Shown one piece after another: positions 56,366 through 58,133 of a stretch of 58,133 nucleotides of DNA. Position numbers and translations under genes: made by a program. This DNA is from a bacterium. GTDB lineage: Bacteria; JACRDZ01; JAQUKH01. The notes under the pieces were generated by a model. That model was not told the origin of the DNA, ran no database searches, and was given only the letters and a program-made list of their open reading frames with translations. Location of the stretch: NCBI GenBank assembly GCA_028719205.1, contig JAQUKH010000013.1, positions 1 to 58,133 of the forward strand. The letters run 5' to 3'. Within the stretch, counting starts at the first letter, position 1, and each line of letters opens with the position of its first letter.

Positions 56366-56447
56366 TTATTTCACCTATAAAATTTTCTACAACTTATATG
56401 CTACTTTAAAACAAAACAGATGTCAAGTGGGAAAAATAATCTGTATC

Positions 56448-56477
56448 TTGACAAGAGCAATAAGTAAGTCTTATAAT
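56448..56477 (+). promoter_or_regulatory. sigma70 promoter for the hydrogenase-like operon
   Basis: TTGACA-N18-TATAAT. Confidence 0.6.
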
Positions 56478-56526
56478 GAATATATTCGGTTTATACTTAA
56501 AACCAGGATATTTACAACACAATTAT

Positions 56527-57066
56527 ATGTTTAAACTTTTTTTAAAAATATTAAAGACTCCAAAAAATATAATCCCATTACAAGATAAGGGCTTTGATCA
56601 AGCCGGTATTGTTGCTGTCGGCGAAAAAATAGAGAATAAAGTAAAACGCTTATTTAGCGGATCTCTTGCTATCAGGCAAATAGATGCCGGCTCTGATAAT
56701 GCCTGCGAGCAGGAACTAACCGCTCTTTCTAATTCATTTTATGATATTGAACGCTTCGGGATCCATTTTGTTGCTTCCCCAAGGCACGCCGATATGCTTT
56801 TGGTAACCGGGCCGGTGACGCGCAATATGGCCGAGGCAGTCAGGCGGGCATATGAAGCAACGCCTGATCCGAAAATTGTTATTGCCGTTGGCGATGACGC
56901 TATTGATGGCGGAATTTTTAAGGACTCTTACGCGGTTTTAGGCGGAGTTGATTCTATTTTGCCGGTGCATTATCAAATTCCGGGCGATCCGCCGTCACCA
57001 AAAACAATACTTTTTTCTCTTCTGGGGATTCTTGAAGATTTAGATAAGGCAGTTCTCAAATCATAA
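56527..57066 (+). CDS. NuoB/HyfI/EhrS-like small subunit of a group-4 hydrogenase-related complex, with atypical cluster ligands
   Basis: SLAIRQIDAGSDNACEQE, YDIERFGIHFVASPRHADMLLVTGPVT, YEATPDPKIVIAVGDDA, IPGDPP. Likely start ATG 56527. Confidence 0.9.
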   Translation: MFKLFLKILKTPKNIIPLQDKGFDQAGIVAVGEKIENKVKRLFSGSLAIRQIDAGSDNACEQELTALSNSFYDIERFGIHFVASPRHADMLLVTGPVTRNMAEAVRRAYEATPDPKIVIAVGDDAIDGGIFKDSYAVLGGVDSILPVHYQIPGDPPSPKTILFSLLGILEDLDKAVLKS

Positions 57067-57070
57067 TAAT

Positions 57071-58133
57071 ATGACAGAAATTATCACAGCACCCATAAGT
57101 TTTTATATTTTGGTTTTGCTTTTTTCCATCGGCGCGGCCGGTTCTTTATTATTAAGAAAAGATGATATATCGGCAAATATCTGGAGCAGTTTTTTTGCCA
57201 TTGCCGGTTCTTTGTGGGGCTTGCTTTTTTCACTCATGATAATCATTTCTGGAAACGCCTTATCTTTTATGGCGGGAATATCTCCTTTTCCTCTCCTTTC
57301 CCTCTCTTTGCATATTGACATGCTGTCGGCATTTTTTATTTTCACTATTTCGCTGATTGCTCTTTTTTGCTCTATCTATGGAATCGGATATGTAAAACAT
57401 TTTTATAAAAAATACAACATCGGCGTTTTGGGATTTTTTTACCATCTGTTTATCCTTGGGATATTATTTGTCGTTACTGCGTCAAATGGGATCTTTTTTC
57501 TGGTTGCGTGGGAAATTATGGCCGTTGCCTCGTATTTTCTCATTGTTTATGACCGCGATGAAAAAAATAATATAAAAGCCGGTTTTTTATATCTCGTTAT
57601 GACATATGTCGGTACGGCCTTTATCATTGCTTTTTTCCTACTGCTCTACAAATTTACCGGTTCTTTTGATTTTGAAGTAATCAGGGCCGGCGCTATGCTT
57701 ATTCCTTTGTATATTAAAAACATAATTTTTGTACTTGCCATGATTGGTTTTGGCACAAAGGCCGGCATTATTCCGTTCCATATCTGGCTTCCGGCCGCTC
57801 ATCCGGCCGCTCCTTCCCATACCTCCGCTTTCATGTCCGGCGTTATGCTTAAAAGCGGAATTTATATGATGATCAGATTGTTCCTTGATATCCTCCAGCC
57901 GGTTCCGGCCTGGTGGGGGCTTGCAGTTCTGGTTGCTGGAGCAATATCTTCTTTACTCGGAGTTTTGTACGCACTGACGGAGAATGATATAAAAAGGCTC
58001 CTGGCATATTCCAGTATTGAAAATATCGGAATTATCTTGCTTGGCCTTGGAAGCGCGATGACTTTTTCCTCGCTTGGCATGCAATCCTTGGCGCTTCTTA
58101 GTTTAGTTGCGGCGCTTTTTCATACTTTAAATC
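57071..58133 (+). CDS. hyfB: HyfB-like proton-translocating membrane subunit (partial, runs off the window)
   Basis: Hand translation: FFLVAWEIMAVASYFL, GFGTKAGIIPFHIWLPAAHPAAPS, MSGVMLKSGIY, DIKRLLAYSSIENIG. Confidence 0.88.
   Translation, partial: MTEIITAPISFYILVLLFSIGAAGSLLLRKDDISANIWSSFFAIAGSLWGLLFSLMIIISGNALSFMAGISPFPLLSLSLHIDMLSAFFIFTISLIALFCSIYGIGYVKHFYKKYNIGVLGFFYHLFILGILFVVTASNGIFFLVAWEIMAVASYFLIVYDRDEKNNIKAGFLYLVMTYVGTAFIIAFFLLLYKFTGSFDFEVIRAGAMLIPLYIKNIIFVLAMIGFGTKAGIIPFHIWLPAAHPAAPSHTSAFMSGVMLKSGIYMMIRLFLDILQPVPAWWGLAVLVAGAISSLLGVLYALTENDIKRLLAYSSIENIGIILLGLGSAMTFSSLGMQSLALLSLVAALFHTLN

Noticed and set aside
56476-56526. ORF-track start at 56476
   Set aside because: The ATG overlaps the TATAAT of the predicted promoter, so ATG 56527 is more plausible.

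Overview
AT-rich chromosomal window from a diderm (Gram-negative-type) bacterium that is probably anaerobic. The gene content suggests an uncultured candidate-phylum organism, but this cannot be established from the sequence alone. No rRNA, tRNA, CRISPR array, integrase or transposase was found. In order, the window holds: a partial sulfatase-like gene; DUF1015; an AHL-type LuxR with no luxI, followed by a near-perfect lux box, a ~115-nt hairpin and a 50-aa ORF; a CDF transporter; a PAS/TM/kinase/REC/HD-GYP cluster; a truncated pyruvate kinase; murJ; an MltB-like transglycosylase; hisBHAF; a ~13.6-kb signalling block (cNMP-GAF-GAF-degenerate sigma54 AAA-FeS membrane protein, orphan kaiB, solute-binding proteins, paralogous GGDEF-EAL and kinase sensors, REC-XRE); hisE-trpE-trpG; zinc finger-lemA-htpX; a decayed DUF4386/methyltransferase duplication; a TetR-led Lol-like ABC operon; a PTS EIIA; and the start of a group-4 hydrogenase/Ehr-like operon. 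GTAG-type REP palindromes recur, several of them in frame inside genes. The strongest novel candidates are the LuxR-lux box-structured RNA-small ORF module, the hydrogenase-type small subunit with three Fe-S Cys replaced by Asp, the KaiB-headed signalling operon and the coding REP insertions. All domain calls are by-eye motif recognition; no database searches were run.
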